This document shows, in pieces, positions 27,793-42,249 of a stretch of 64,000 bases of DNA. How positions within the stretch are numbered: position 1 is the stretch's first letter; every line of letters begins with the position of its first letter. The notes below the pieces were generated by a model that saw only the letters and a program-made list of their open reading frames with translations, did no database searches and was not told the origin of the DNA. The stretch is from Eledone cirrhosa (taxonomy: Eukaryota), in assembly GCA_964016885.1 (NCBI GenBank), contig OZ024746.1, positions 40,734,001 through 40,798,000 on the forward strand. The letters are read 5' to 3'. Made by a program: the position numbers and the translations under genes.

Positions 27793-30700
27793 CTAATTGT
27801 AATACGTGACGTATTCTATTCTATAGCGATTAGGTCTTCAAAATGTTTATTATAAACATACAGAATATTTTCGAATATTCTATGTCTATATTCACATATA
27901 TATCGCTATTTCAGAGCATTTATTCCAATTTCTAATTTCTGCCGGACCGGCAACCGCTCTTTCAAACCAGTTCCTGTACACAGCTAAGTATTCTATAAGT
28001 CTCTAGCTGTGTCATTCTCGATAAAAGCACTGGATATGTAGTCCTGACGATTTCTAACGAGAATGAAACGCGTAGATTTACTTCCCTTGCTTTTATCGAG
28101 AATCTAATTGTAATACGTGACGTATTCTATTCTATAGCGATTAGGTCTTCAAAATGTTTATTATAAACATACAGAATATTTTCGAATATTCTATGTCTAT
28201 ATTCATATATATATATATATATATATATACAGACATACAGACACAATTATGGAGGCATGTTAGACAAATTAATCAATAATCTCAAATGGATCTTCCTAGC
28301 CGGTTTATCAACAATGAAGAAGGCTCCTTCCTTGCATTTAGCTTTGGTGACGACCTTTTATTAAGCACCAAACTTGAGTGCTATAGCAGTGGTAATAACA
28401 ACCAACAGACATTCCACCCAGTTGATTTATTATATTGATTTCAGTGCACAATACCTGCTAGATATAGCAGTCAAATCATTCACAAATACATCCAGTCATC
28501 TTAATAAAGGAAGGGCACGTTGGATAATTCTGGATATGCTAAATCAGAAAGTAAAGATACAGGGTGGTCACATCTGGAATGCCGTTTATCATCGAACTCA
28601 CCTTGTGAGGGCTGATATGGAAGTTAAACAATAACGACAAGAAATACTCTTTAGTAGCATGGTTCTTTAGAAATTGTAGTCAAATTTCCCTCAAAGAACC
28701 CCCTGGAACATAGTCATAGGTAAATTGCGGACTTAGAGCCACCTGCGGCCCATTTGGCTTTCTGAATGGCACGCCTAAGTTAAAAAATGTCTTGAATCTT
28801 TTAGTAGCGTTGCCCACCTTATGATGAACCACATTCTATAGGGCCCAATACTCAAGAAAGGTTGGCCATGTCTGTCCTAACATCTCAAAAGAAAAAGACA
28901 TTACATAATGTAGTCCTAGACAACCATAAAAAGATGGGATATTCATGGCAGGTATGCTCTATCAGGACTGACATAGGGGTAAACAACAACAACAACTAGA
29001 CAGGTTCTGTCTAACAAGGGAGTCTCTACGTGGCCATTCGACCTGCAATCAAATCTCCCTTATATTACAAATTACCTTCTTCAAAGGATGAGATTCTCAT
29101 GGATGGAACACCATTCATCATAAGTTAACTGAATCAGGGTTAAGCAGGGACTACAGCAACTAATGTATAAGCTAGAAGTAGTTTATATAATTGGCGATTT
29201 TAATATGGTTTAGACTCAGGTCAATCCTCTACCGGGCATACAACCTACGATAAAAGTCTTCTAGTCATGACTATCCCATCTTTTTCAGAGAACACACCAC
29301 CACATTATACTACATTGCACCAGATGTGATTTGAGGGGGATTTATTAACTCTTTCTAGCAAGTCGAGCGAAGGTGTAGAGATTTCCCCGTTGAATTGTAT
29401 GTATATTAATAGAACTAACTAATAGGAACAGAGGTGTATGTCTAGTAACTGCGTTCAACTGACATCCGAGAGAGAGGAGAGTTGCTATTGAGTCATCTGA
29501 AATATCCTCTCACTAGTGATGCTAAGACGGAACAGAGAACAGGGCGAAGAGTAAGAACGAAAAGTAAACTTCTTAGGAACGGAGGCGTAATAAAAATCGA
29601 TAAAAGTTTTATAGTGTATCCGGCTGGCTGTCAAAATGACATCATATGCTGTGTGATATCATCATTTTTCAACAGCCGTCCGTCCGCTTCGGCATCGATA
29701 TCTGTACATACATGTGCGCGCGCACACACACACAATGCCTAAAATATACAGGTAAATGCACACGTGTGTTGTGTTGTACATAACATACCTACATATTTTA
29801 ACAATGCATGATTTCAGCCTGTTTTATGGAGGAAAGTTTGTTACTAAGCAGGACGGCAATACAGCAGTGAGATCATTTGAAGGAATGGTTGAATTACATG
29901 TACGGGAGAAAGGGAGGGAGGGAAACGGGTAGAGATAGAGAGGGAGGTGTGAGAGAAAGAGAAAGAGAAAATATAAAAGCACACCTTTTATAATATCTAT
30001 TAATGAACCAGGATTCTTCAAAGACTCAACTCCCTCTCATGTGTGTGTGCGCGCGCGCATGTATACACACACACGCGCGCACGCAAAATAAACGGAAAAT
30101 AACAAAGCAAACAACATAGTAGAATGAAGATATATATTAATTTAACGCTTGGTATAGTAGGAAAAGAGTTTTAACGTTTTGGACGTTAACCCTTCACCAG
30201 AATATAAAAATAGGAAATAAAAGAACAAATAGAGGAAAGTGAGAGGCGGAAGAAATGGAAAAAATTTGGAGAAAAAGCACGTGTGTGTTCAGTTCACCAG
30301 AGAGAGAGAGAGATTGTGTGTGTGGGCGCGCGCGCGCGTGTGTGTGTGAATACATTCTGAAGGCACACATTCATTAAATCAGCCTCATCTTACAGGAGTG
30401 TCGACTGCACACACAAACCATGTCTTTGTTTCTAATCATGTAACCCAGGTCGTTGACCGTCCCTTGGTTAAAAAGTGACTAAGTGGAATTAAATGGGCCT
30501 GCGTCAGTTTCGGCGTTGAGAATTCCAGTTGTTCGATTAACGGGACAGTCTGCCCATGAAAGTCACGTGTAAAATGGCTGAGCATTTCACAGTTACGTGT
30601 TCTCTTAATGTAATTCTCAGGGAGATTCAGTGTGACAGTGTGTTTCAAGGCTGATCCTTTGAATTACAAGTATAGTTCATTCGACGAGCTTCCAAACAGT

Positions 30701-31757
30701 TTCCATCTGCCCAAATTCACTAAAAAAACATGGGCTAACCCGAGATTATGGTAAGTTTTCTTACTTTTCTTTTTGTCCCGTAATTCCTGATAGAGTCGTA
30801 GGGGTGCCGTATTAACATCCGGTGTTTCTTGGGCATTTTAAGCCTGGTGGAGCCCATCCCTCTCCAAAGAAAGGAAGAATCGACCCCAGTACTAGACAGG
30901 TACTTGTATTTTTATCGACCTCGAAAGGATGAAAGGCAAAGTTGACCTCGGCGGGATTTGAACTCAGAGAGCCAGAACGAATACCATAAAGCATTCTATC
31001 TGACGTTCTAACAACTCTGCCAATTCGCTGCCTATAATGGTAAATTACACTCGCCAAAGATGTCATGAATTGTAACCGAACCCGGGACCCAATGATTGTG
31101 CTGAATTCCTCTGAGAATTACATTAAGGGTACACGTGTCTGTGTAATGGTCAACAAAGTATACGTTACTTTCATGAGCGGGCTGTTCCGTTGATCGAACA
31201 ACTGGAATACTTATCACCGACAGAGACCCATGCCATCCATCTCTTGAGTGTGAATGCAGCATTCGTCGCGTGTCATACAACAGCTGTAAAGCAGAAGCTT
31301 CAAACATATGGTTTGAACGTGTTAAACTTGAAATAACAAGGGATAAGACGGGGTGGTGGGTCACAGGATAACGTCAGGCGGGTGTCATCACGTGACAGAT
31401 CCAGTGGGTATTTTCAATCAACACATTTTTCCTTTGAATTTAAAATCGTCATAACTAAGGATGTGCGCGTGTGCTCAAGATATAGAAATGTTGACTGAGG
31501 AAAAGAAATCGAAATCGTTATCTAGCTCCCTGCATTCATAGATAAATAAATAGATATATGACTCCCGGGTTCAATACATTAGTAAAGTAAATACAAAATT
31601 TAATATAGAAATGACTTCTACAGGACTAGAACTATTTCATTCGAAGCAAATCATCACTCTCTCTCTCTCTCGCGCGCGCGATATGACTAGGAAACTTATT
31701 GCAATTTATTTCTGTCGCATCTCTACCAAAACACACACACACACACACACACACACA

Positions 31758-32796
31758 TCTATATATATAAAGTTGTAGTTCCTATCAGTTTGTTTGTTCA
31801 CGAACTCCTCCTATGGTTTTGGAGATAGACCCCCATAGCCGTATATATTCTGAAACTACATTACCCAGGGTACTTGGATAAGTATATTTCATTTTAATCA
31901 ATGGGTTCCCTGGGGGCACAAACCCCCGCTGAAAATTTTTTCCCTTCGATTTATATGAAATGTAAACCATAGGTAAAGGACAAGATATGCCTATTCACAA
32001 AATTTCAGCAAATTTCAATAATATTAAGACAGCCTAATGGAGGTTAAACCCCCTATGGTGAAAATTTTGGCCAATAAATGGAACAAGATGTATATCACAA
32101 CTTGACTGAAGCAACCATTATATTTGGGGCTTACAAAGGTCAAGCTCTTCTCGTTCCGGGGATTCCTCTTATACCAAGTGATAGCGAGTTGCCTTTTACA
32201 TTTAAGAGGCTGCAGTTCCCAGTGAGGCCATGCATTGCCATCAGCATCAAGAAGAGTCAAGGTCAAACTTTCAAAACTATTGGTATAGATCTGACAAGCC
32301 CATGTTTCAGTCATGGCATGTTTTATGTGGCTGTTTCAAGGACTAGAACTTCAAAAATCTCTCCATTTTAGCCAATCAAAGAAAGACAAGAAATGTTTAC
32401 CTTGAAGTTCATTAGGACAAAGTATGAAATATATTTTCATGTATTTATTATGTTAAAAAATAAACAATTAAACTTTGAATTTCTAATTTGAAAATAATGC
32501 TTTACACAAAAATGAAATGATCAAGTTTTGAATTGATATTTAAAAAAAAATTATTTACAAGAAACAAAATAAGAATAAGATTTAATAATGTAATTTTCAT
32601 TTGATATATTACAAAAAATAATGTTTTCCAATTTTTCATGCATTACATTTTACATTGAGTAATATTGAAATGCAGAGTTTTTCTCCGTAAATTATATCAC
32701 TGATTTAAAATCAATCATCATTATGTTACAAAAAAAAAAAAAAAAAAAAAAAAAAAGAATGTGTGAAACGCAGCAAGGCGCGGGTAATTCGGCTAG
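31758..32796 (+). mobile_element. Internally deleted Helitron retaining the C-terminus of the PIF1-family helicase
   Basis: A|TCTATATATATAAAG start, 3' imperfect hairpin cgcagcaaggcgcggg then CTAG|T; ORF 32078-32371 has LPFTFKRLQFPVR..AISIKKSQGQT...FSHGMFYVAVSR (PIF1 motifs V and VI). Confidence 0.85.
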
Positions 32797-32810
32797 TATA
32801 TATATATATA

Positions 32811-33426
32811 TAAGAAAAATGGATTGCTGCGTGGTTGCACATGGGTTACATATGAATAAAATTAGTCCTTCATCAGTGATCTTCCAACCTTTATTGGTAT
32901 TTCATCGCTTTAAAAATCATATACCACTGGTTAGTGCGAACAATAACTAAATAAAGTTATTGAGACAAGTAAACAAACAAAGATGGTATTGCAACGGAAA
33001 GATAGGAAGAGACAAGTGCATGATATCTATAAGCTTAAGCTTGGTGAATTCATGGACGAGAGATACAGACCATCCGACATGGGTGAGATGTGAGCGAGAA
33101 AAGGATTTCACACAGGTCAAACGGGAGGAAGTGAGAGAGGAGGAGAAGAAGAGAGTGAGGGAGTGGAAGTGTGAGGAAGAGGCCAGCCGAGAGAGAGTGT
33201 GACTGGCAGAGGGGGTAAAAAGAAGGTGAGAGATACAGAGAGAGGGGAAGCAGTAAGAAAGAAACAGACAATCGCAGCTGAGGAAAAAATATAAATATAA
33301 GGAAAATTGAGTGCTGCGTGGTTGCACATGGGTTACATATGAATAAATTTAGTCCTTCATCAGTGATCTTCCAACCTTCATTGGTATTTCATCGCTTTAA
33401 AAATCATATACCTCTGGTTGGTGCGA
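32811..33426. repeat. ~129-bp direct repeat pair (32811-32939 and 33298-33426) around a purine-rich spacer
   Basis: tgctgcgtggttgcacatgggttacatatgaataaa.ttagtccttcatcagtgatcttccaacc... occurs twice, offset 487. Confidence 0.85.
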
Positions 33427-34701
33427 TATACGAATAGCAATTTCTAAGAGAGGGTGCAGCCAAAACAGTTAAGTGTAACAGCTAAAGAGATGACAAGCAA
33501 ATGAAGGGAAGGACTAGGGTGGCATTTACAAAGCTGAAGAGAAAAAAAGAGAGATGCTGTTGTTTAGCCCAAAGCCAACCCAGGTCAAAACAGATCTATT
33601 ATCAAAGATGTCCTATCCGTGACCACCTCGTCTTTTTCCAATGTGCAAGGACCCATGATCACATTATTCAACTTGCCTCCTTTTTTAGACGGTAGGGCGT
33701 AATTTAAGGGAGATTTTGTTGCAATTTCTAGCTGTTCGAATGACCATGACCACACGCGGAACAAATGCGCAAGGTCGTAAGCATGCATAAGTGGTTGAAA
33801 TCTAATACGGTTTTTGTATAAATAATAAATATCATCACATGTCTAAAGATATGTCCAGGCTAAACTGGACTACGAATGTTCGTTTTATCAATAGTGTCTT
33901 TGTGTGTAAATATTTTGGTTGTAATACCAAATCTTAAAGTAAGAGAAGAGATAGGCGTAATTGCAAGACCCCCCCCCCCCCCCCATAAAACCACCTGTCT
34001 CTGCGAAAATGTTAATGAAAACACACATGTGTGTATATATGTGTGTTAAATAGATATTTCAAGTATATATTTTTAAACCTTAGTCGTTTCATGTATATCA
34101 ACAATCGTCAGCAAGTATTCGAATGTTGAGCATTTATTATTATTATTTTTTTATGTAACACACATCACATACAGATACTCATAGAGAAATTGAGGGATAT
34201 GCAGCGGGTGAGGGAGAAAAGGGAAACTAAAGATAAAGAACAATTGTTTCTACATTTTGGCACAAGGCCAGCAATTATCCCAGTGCATTACTGGTACTTT
34301 ATTTTATCAACCCCGTTAGGCAAAGTTAACCTTGGCGGGATAGACCGTAAAGGACCGTAACACAATGCTGCAAAGCATGGCGTTCGACCCTCTAAAGAGG
34401 TATATAGGAATATAGTAAGTTTCGAGAAGTAAAATAAACTTCTTCTTAGCCCTTAACTTCCAATGGCGAAGGGGGGGGGGGGGGTCGACTCGATTATTGA
34501 ACTTGTACTTAAAATAGGCTACTTCATGGCTAATAAGCACACACCGGGAATTATCGGCAAACTATTTTTTCCAGCTTGTGACGTTTGAGACGTTTTGGGG
34601 AGCTGGGCCGCTACCAACGAAGTTCTTGTCATTGTTGGCAGTTCACTTTCCCAAGGTATTAGGTGGTGCCCGTAAGGATGCTTGGTTGTCCCTGCACCTT
34701 A

Positions 34702-34895
34702 CAGACCTGCCAACCTCTAAAAACCCAAACGGAGAGTACCATGAAAAAAAATGCCCCAAACGGGGAGAAATGAGGCAAAGTGGGGAAATTTTACATAATG
34801 AAAGCTATATCCATTTTCACAAGAGAAGACATCTGTCACCCACCTCAAAGTGTGTGGGAGATCTCCCAGTCAGACGGAGAGAGTTGACAGGTCTG
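34702..34895. mobile_element. MITE family with CAGACCTGCCAAC-type TIRs; copies at 39275-39515 and 41438-41633
   Basis: cagacctgccaacctct / gagagttgacaggtctg ends and shared internal sequence in three copies. Confidence 0.8.
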
Positions 34896-37166
34896 ACCGT
34901 TGCCTCGCTATCACCCGCGGTAATACTGCGAGCGCGTTGGCTTGCCTCAAAAATATTAGGGGGAAACTCCGGCGCCCTTGTAGTGTGTGACCGATTGACA
35001 AATTACTTAGTGTTGAATTAATATTTTTATGTGAAATATTTCTGTAATTAAGTATTGTATATATTATTTGCAGAGGCCGTATGCCCATCCTCCCAATCAT
35101 TATATTTTTCTCCCCAAACTACCAAAACACACATCTATTTGTATATGCGCTACAATTTATGTACATGTTATGTTTATCGCACATCAAAGTTTTTTATATC
35201 CTGGTTGATATTAGACAATAACACCTAAACCTAACACTACAACTAAATTGACCAAATTCCCCTCCCCCACCCACCAGAAATGCTTCCACCGCCCCTGATT
35301 TGTGTGTGTATTTTCATTCTGTAAGCATCTACAGTCATTTTCATTAAACCTTTTGCTATGTACCGATTGTGAATTGAAATTGGTGATTAGCATGCAATAC
35401 CTAGTAATAACATAATACACGATAGAAGAGCAACAAGTGGAATATGATAGCCACTTGATAATCTCATAGAAATCTATATATAAATTTGAGCGACATCCGT
35501 TCGTCCGTCCATCCATCAGACAATGTGTGTGTAAAAAGGAAGGGGATGGCGAAAAAACTACAGCAAAGCAGCGAATGGCGTTTTATTTGCTACGCTGTGT
35601 GCGAGTGTATGATGTATGTCTGTGAGTGTGTCTGTTTGTAAGTGTGTCTGTGTTTGCGCGTTTATATTTATATACTCATACATATAAATGTATACACATA
35701 CACACACATATACAAATACGTGTCAGCGTGTTGGAAAAAAATCCCACTATAGACGCACACTACTTTTTAAAAAGGACTGTTCGGATATTCTTGTATTCTT
35801 GCTGGTTTCAGTCGTTAAACTGCACGCATGTATGTGTGTGTGTGTGTGTGTGTATGCATGTGTCCGTACGTGCGCTCGAAACAAGTACTATGTGTGAGTA
35901 TGTATATGTCTGTGTGTATGCATGTGTGTGTTTGTATGTGTGGGCGCGAAACAAGTGCTATGTGTTAGTGTATATGTGTATGAAACAGGTGGTGTGTGTG
36001 TGTGAGTATCTATGTGAAACAAGTGCTATGTGTTAGTGTATATGTGTATGAAACAGGTGGTGTCCGTATGCCTGCATGTATGTGTATGCCTGTGAGTGTG
36101 CCTGTGTATGTATGTATGAAACAAGTACTAATACATTCAATTGATTTCTCTACTGGGGATTGCGGACCGTGACGACTGACCGACTGACATTCCTCTACCA
36201 CTACAGTACATTGTAGAATTTCAACTAGCTAAACAGAAACAGTACCAGATTCCAACCAGTCGATAAATAAAGTACCAGTTCAATACTGGGGAAGGCTCTC
36301 TCTCTCTAAGAAATCGGCTGTGTTCCGACCTGGAGAGAAATGAGCTCTGTCAGGTTTAAAATGCCGTGTGTTAAGTAAGAGCCCATTACTTTTTACCTGT
36401 GCTGAGTCGGATTAAGCCAGCAGCAAGATTAACATTTGCAAAGGGCTCCGTGCTTCTTACTTTATACTATAGTATATTATACTGCCTGTATATAACCTTT
36501 ATGTCACAATAAAAGAGAGTGGAGGGATTAGGGTATCTGTATATATGCTACGTGCTCCGCGTTAATCTAGTGTCGTTTTGACTGAGTCTTTCTAGAACCA
36601 TGCATGCATATACATAGACACAGATATACACGCGCACGCGCACGCACACACACACATTATATAGACATGTGCATACACATACAATCATATATAGACATAT
36701 GCACATACATAAATGTACGTACATAGATAAGTATATACACATATATATCAGATACATAGATGTATGCACAGACAGACACACATTCGTACGTATACACACA
36801 CATATATACACATACATACATAAATCATATATAGACGTATGCACATAACTAGACATATATTCGTACGTATACATGCACACATACAAACGAGCCAACAGCG
36901 AAGCCTTTACGCAGATGCTCGACCTGCTAGAAACAGCAGCAAAATCTCCGTCAAATTACACCCTACTGTCATTACAAGTAAAAGGCTATTTAAATATTGT
37001 AGTCTTTCCTACACATAACTATGCTGAAGGAAAGACGGGATGGTCTTTTAATGGCTGAGCATTATATTAATATATAATTGCGGTAGAAACTAGATGACAT
37101 GTGAATGAACGACAGTATATAGAATGTTTATAAATAGTAGATAGTGGAATAGTGGAGAAATGTATT

Positions 37167-37197
<31 letters not shown>

Positions 37198-37441
37198 CAG
37201 ACGCATACACATGAATAAGATCACGCGTGTATGTTTATATATACATGTGTGTGTGTGTGAAACCGTTTGAATGTTATATTTACAATGGAAACTGTATTAA
37301 GATTTTTTAAAAAGTTGAATAATAAACAGCGAAAGTATATTTCTCTTCGATACTATAATAAAACTAAACTTCAAAGAAAGAGAGAGAAAGAGAGAAGGGG
37401 AGGGAGATAAGGATTCAGATAATAGACAAATATATATATAT

Positions 37442-37593
37442 ACAAAATTCCGTTATAACGAATACCATTATAACAAAAAATTTTCAATCTCCTGCCACAC
37501 GCTCGATGTGTTAGGTCGATCTCGTTATAAAGAATTTTTCGTTACAACGAATTTTTTATACCTCGTGAATTTCATTATAACGGAATTTCACTG
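37442..37593. mobile_element. Tigger/pogo-like MITE
   Basis: aaattccgttataacgaa / ttcattataacggaatttcactg inverted ends, TA flanks, internal ttataacg repeats. Confidence 0.6.
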
Positions 37594-40500
37594 TATATAT
37601 AAATAGATAGACATAGAGATGAGATAAAATAAACATAGATAAATAGATAGATAGAAAGAGAAGTGTTTACATATGTGGTGGCACAGAAAAGGTTGTGTAT
37701 ATAATCAAGCTTTTGTCACATGGCCACACCTGCACGAGAATTTCGAGTACCCATGTAATTTACATATTTTATTTATTGTGTATTCACACACACACACACA
37801 CACAAACCCAAGTAATGTATGATCAAGAATCCTACCAGGTTGTATGTCGGTGCTACCGGCTTTGATGAAGGCTTCGGCAATTTTTTTGTCTTAGTGTGTT
37901 TCCTTTTCTGTTCCATTTCGTTGTCCTCTGTGGAATTATGTTTCTCCGTTTTTCGACTTTTACAGTCCGTCCAAATTAACCAACACGGCTTTAACGAATC
38001 CAGGGTGATTTTTTTGTTTGTTTCTATTAGTGGGACAGCTTCCGTGAGATAGTAAATATAATGAAGTATCTGTTTATATGAGAGCGACTGTAATGTGATT
38101 GTCTTTCTGACAGTTTGTATACTGTAATACTGTTGATAGTCCGACGCTATTTTTCTGTGACTCGACCGACTATTATAATATATATTGTATATATATATGT
38201 ATACAGGTTTATTAAATGTCAATACTTATGTGTATGTTTGACATCAAATCAGCTCGAGCTAACACTTGAGTATGTATGTATGTTGTATTCTCAAGGTGCC
38301 TGGTCGAGAGAGAGAGAGAGAGCGAGCGAGCGAGGGTGGGGGTTGGGGGCCGATGGACCAGAGCATCTTTCTATCTATCTATCCTACCTCTCTCTCTCTC
38401 TACCTATAAAGCATCCCGGAATTAAAAGCAGTGATGCCATGACCACATTTATTGGCTAAGTTATGAGAAACGCTGCCGTTGGAGGAACTGGTTGATTCTT
38501 TATTTTGTTTATAAACACAACCTTCGCTTTACTTCACCAGTTATTGGCATGATTCGGAAGGCGACCCCCCCCCCCCATAAATAAATAAATAAAAACACTT
38601 TAATAATTAAAATGTGCACATCCCAACGCAAATGACCATAACAACAGTCGATTACTATACGAAATAGTTGAGAAAACCGAGTAAAGTATCCCTGGAGAGT
38701 AAAAAAGTGGGCTGGGAAGCCTTCTCGCAGGGTTAGGGTTATTTGCCTTTCATCCTTTCGAGGTCGATAAAAAAAAGTACCAGTCTAGTACTGGGTTGAT
38801 TCTTCCTCTATATCTCTGGAAGAAATCTGCTGTACTCAAGCCTGGAGAGGGATGGGCTCCGCCAGGCTTAAAATGGCGAAGAAATGCCTTATGTCAATAC
38901 GGCGCCCCTACCACTCTAGCAGGAGTTACGGGACCATACCGTACCATACCATACCATTAAATAAAGGAAGAGATAGAATTGTCGTGGGATAAACCTCGGT
39001 TGGTGTCGGCAGTTGTTCGATCAACAAAACCTGCTCATGAAATTCTCGTGCACGTGACTAAGCATTTCACAGACACGTGTACCGTTCATGCAATTCTCAG
39101 AGAGAAACTCAGCTTAACACAGTGTGTGACAAGGCTTCCCCTTTGAATTACAGGTACAGTCTATGCCACAGGTTTCCAAAAAGTTTGCGTCTACCCAATT
39201 TCAATTTCACTTACAAGACATGGGCCGAACCGAAGCTATGGTAAATGGCACTTGCCCGCGATGTCAAGCAGTAGCAGACCTGCCGACCTCTAAAAACCCA
39301 AACGGGGAGTACCATGAAAAAAAGTTCCCCCAAACGGAGAGAAATGAGGCAAAATGGGGAAATTTTACACAATGAAGCTCTACCCATTTTCACAAGAGAA
39401 GACATTTGTCACCCACCCCAAAGTGTGTGTGTGGGAGGTCTCCCAGTCGGACGGGGAGACACCCCCAAATTGTGTGGGAGGTTTCCTGGTCGGACGGGGA
39501 GAGTTGGCAGGTCTGAAGTGGGATCGAACTCGAAACCTAATGATTGCGAAGCGAACTTCTTAACGATTCGAACATGCTACGTACACTCTACATGCTACAA
39601 ATAACAGTTAAGTATCATCTTCCTTATACCAACATCCAAGCCATTATAGTGATATGGCCGAAAGTATATAATGATATCTTTATTAACCACAAGGCAGTAA
39701 AATCTCTAATCTGAGACGCCACGTACTGCGACATGTTCTTCGTCGGTAACACGGAGGAGAGGAAGATATTTAAATACCAGGACTTAAAAGCCCGCTTCCT
39801 TTCCGTGCCGGCCACCATCGAGACTGGGGTGTAGCGGCTGCCACCCTTCTCTTACTTTCGCTATTTCACTTTTTTCTCTTTGCTTTAAATATGCAAACGT
39901 CGATGAATCGTAGATTTCTTTCTTTGTATTTAACAATAAATTTGTAAGTTGTTTTACATGATGCGGTTTCACCATTGGTAAATCTATCTTTGCCCTTAAT
40001 GCCCCGAGGTAGATAATACATTTATCAGCGATATTCCCCAGTGTCGATTCAGTGGATTATCTCCCTTCACTTCTCACACCCATAACAAACTAGCTAGTAC
40101 CCAGTCAAAAGAAACTAAGATAAAGCAACTTCAGACTGTTGTTATCTATAAGTAGAAGCGAGTAAAAGAAATTTGAATTATTGAGAGTTATTAATAGTCT
40201 GATTTTCTTACTCCAGTTTTCTTATCCGAGCAAAAATACCCGCCTCCTCCAACTCACACGTGCCTCTCCAACCTACAACGATGTCATCTCATGTCGTCTT
40301 TCCAAACGAATGAATAGATAAAATAATTGTTTCTACTTTAGGCACAAGGCCAGCAATTACACAGTGCATTACTGGTACTTTATTTTATCGACCCCGTAAG
40401 GATGAAAGGCAAAGTAAACCTCGGCGGGATTTGAACTCAGACCGTAAAGGGACGTAACTATGCTGGAAAGCATGGCGTCCGACTCTCTACCGATACTGCC

Positions 40501-42249
40501 AATCCACCAAAATAATGAGTCATGATTTTTCAGATGATGATTGTTCTTTTTCTTTATCTGCTATAAGGACCTACACAAATCGGTTACAAAATGTGTGGTA
40601 ATGTACACACATACACATACGTGTAAACGAGGAGAGGGAGCGTAATAGAATACATTAAAATATTGGAAATTGAAACAAAAATAATACTTCAAAGCAAGAC
40701 ATTCTTTCACAGATCTTGGTCTCCCCAACACAAAGGAAAGTGCCGTCTCTCGGTTGTTATTTTACACACTAAACTTGAGAGTTGACCCGTCCACCACTGA
40801 TACTCCTTCACTTTCATTCAAATTTTATGAAAGTCAGATCACTGGTCTCCAATCACACTTTCCAATGAAAGTTGTGCTGGAAGAAAACGACGAGAGATTC
40901 GTTGGAAAGATCTCAGACTTTTCAGTCTCTCCCATCACTTTACAGAAAAATACCACCTGATCTTGTTAAAAAAGGTAGCGACATGAATCTAACTATTGAC
41001 TTGGTGGATAACTGGATTCGTTCCTCTCGAAGTAGCGACTTCTCGATGTAAGCATATTAATAAGCGAACCACTAACAGTTTCATTTGCCCTCACTGTATC
41101 CTGGAGATATTCTGCTATTAGCACAGCTGTGTAGAGTTTGTCATGAATAGCTAGTAGCACTCGGTAGCTCTGTCAGTTCAAACATTCACAAAAGTCTTCC
41201 CAAATGATTTATTTAACTCTTTTAATACGAAACTGCTCCTGGCTCTATGATACAAACTGTTTGTTTTTATCTACAAAATATTATGATCTTATTTAAGAAC
41301 TTTTGTTTGGTTGTGTTCCAAACACTAGCTTAATAATGAGAAAGTTAGCTATATTATTAAATCCCTTCAAATTCTTAAGTAATTGAACATCAAAGGCAGC
41401 ATACTTCATAAGAAATATGGTAACGAGAGGTTTAATGCAGACTTGCTAACCTCTAAAAACCCAAACTGGGAGTATCGTGAAAAGAAGCGCCCCAAAACGG
41501 GGAGAAATGAGGCAAAAATGGGGAGATTTTACTTAATGAAAGCTATACCCATTTTCACAAGGGAAGACATCTCTCCCCCACCACAAAGTGTGTGGTAGAT
41601 CTCCCTGTCGGATGGGGAGAGTTGACAGGTCTGTTTGTGTTTTTCTAGACGCCCAGAGTGAACGACAGGACATTATGGTTCATGCTCTCCACTAACTCTC
41701 TATAGAATGCCAGTGTTATTTGTCCTCTGGCTGCATTGTTGAATCGGCGGAGCACTGTGAGCACCCGGCAATACTCCAGCTGCCAAACTCTCATCATCGG
41801 TGTATGCTTTATTTATAACTGCAGCTCTGTCAAGAATACGAGGTAAAGAAAAACCTTCATTATAAATGTATGGCAATATGGTGACTCGAGCGCATGCCTC
41901 TGCATGAACAAATCAATAATAATTGTTTCTAATATAAACATGTGGCTAGAAGCTAAGAGATTGTAAATTAGTCGACTATATCGATCTCAGTTTTGAATGG
42001 TACTTTATTTTATCGACCATGGAAGAATAAAAACTAAGTTGACCTCGGTGGGATTTGAACTTAGAATGTAAAGAGGCAGGGCAAATACTGCATAATATTT
42101 TGTTTGACGCTCTAACGATTTAGCCAATAATAATTTATTTTATTTGCTACAAGATGACAAATGAAGAGAAAATTACAAAAATGGTAATAGTTTATGCAGA
42201 ATCTATACTAAAAAACATGCATGGACGGTAAAAGTATCGAAATAACAAG

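Larger units (their letters stand above)
25324..28205. repeat. 311-bp tandem array (about 6.75 units) followed by about 2.5 inverted units; retrozyme-like, one HHR per unit
   Basis: Unit starts at 25324, 25635, 25946, 26257, 26568, 26879 and 27190; orientation switches at 27425/27426; (TA)n at both ends; units look identical by eye. Confidence 0.95.

Noticed and set aside
25324-28205. CRISPR array or plain satellite
   Set aside because: The units are contiguous 311-mers with no unique spacers and no cas genes, and the context is eukaryotic.
35473-35593. Mini-Helitron-like segment (TCTATATATAAA start)
   Set aside because: The 3' hairpin and CTAG are not intact; too weak to call.
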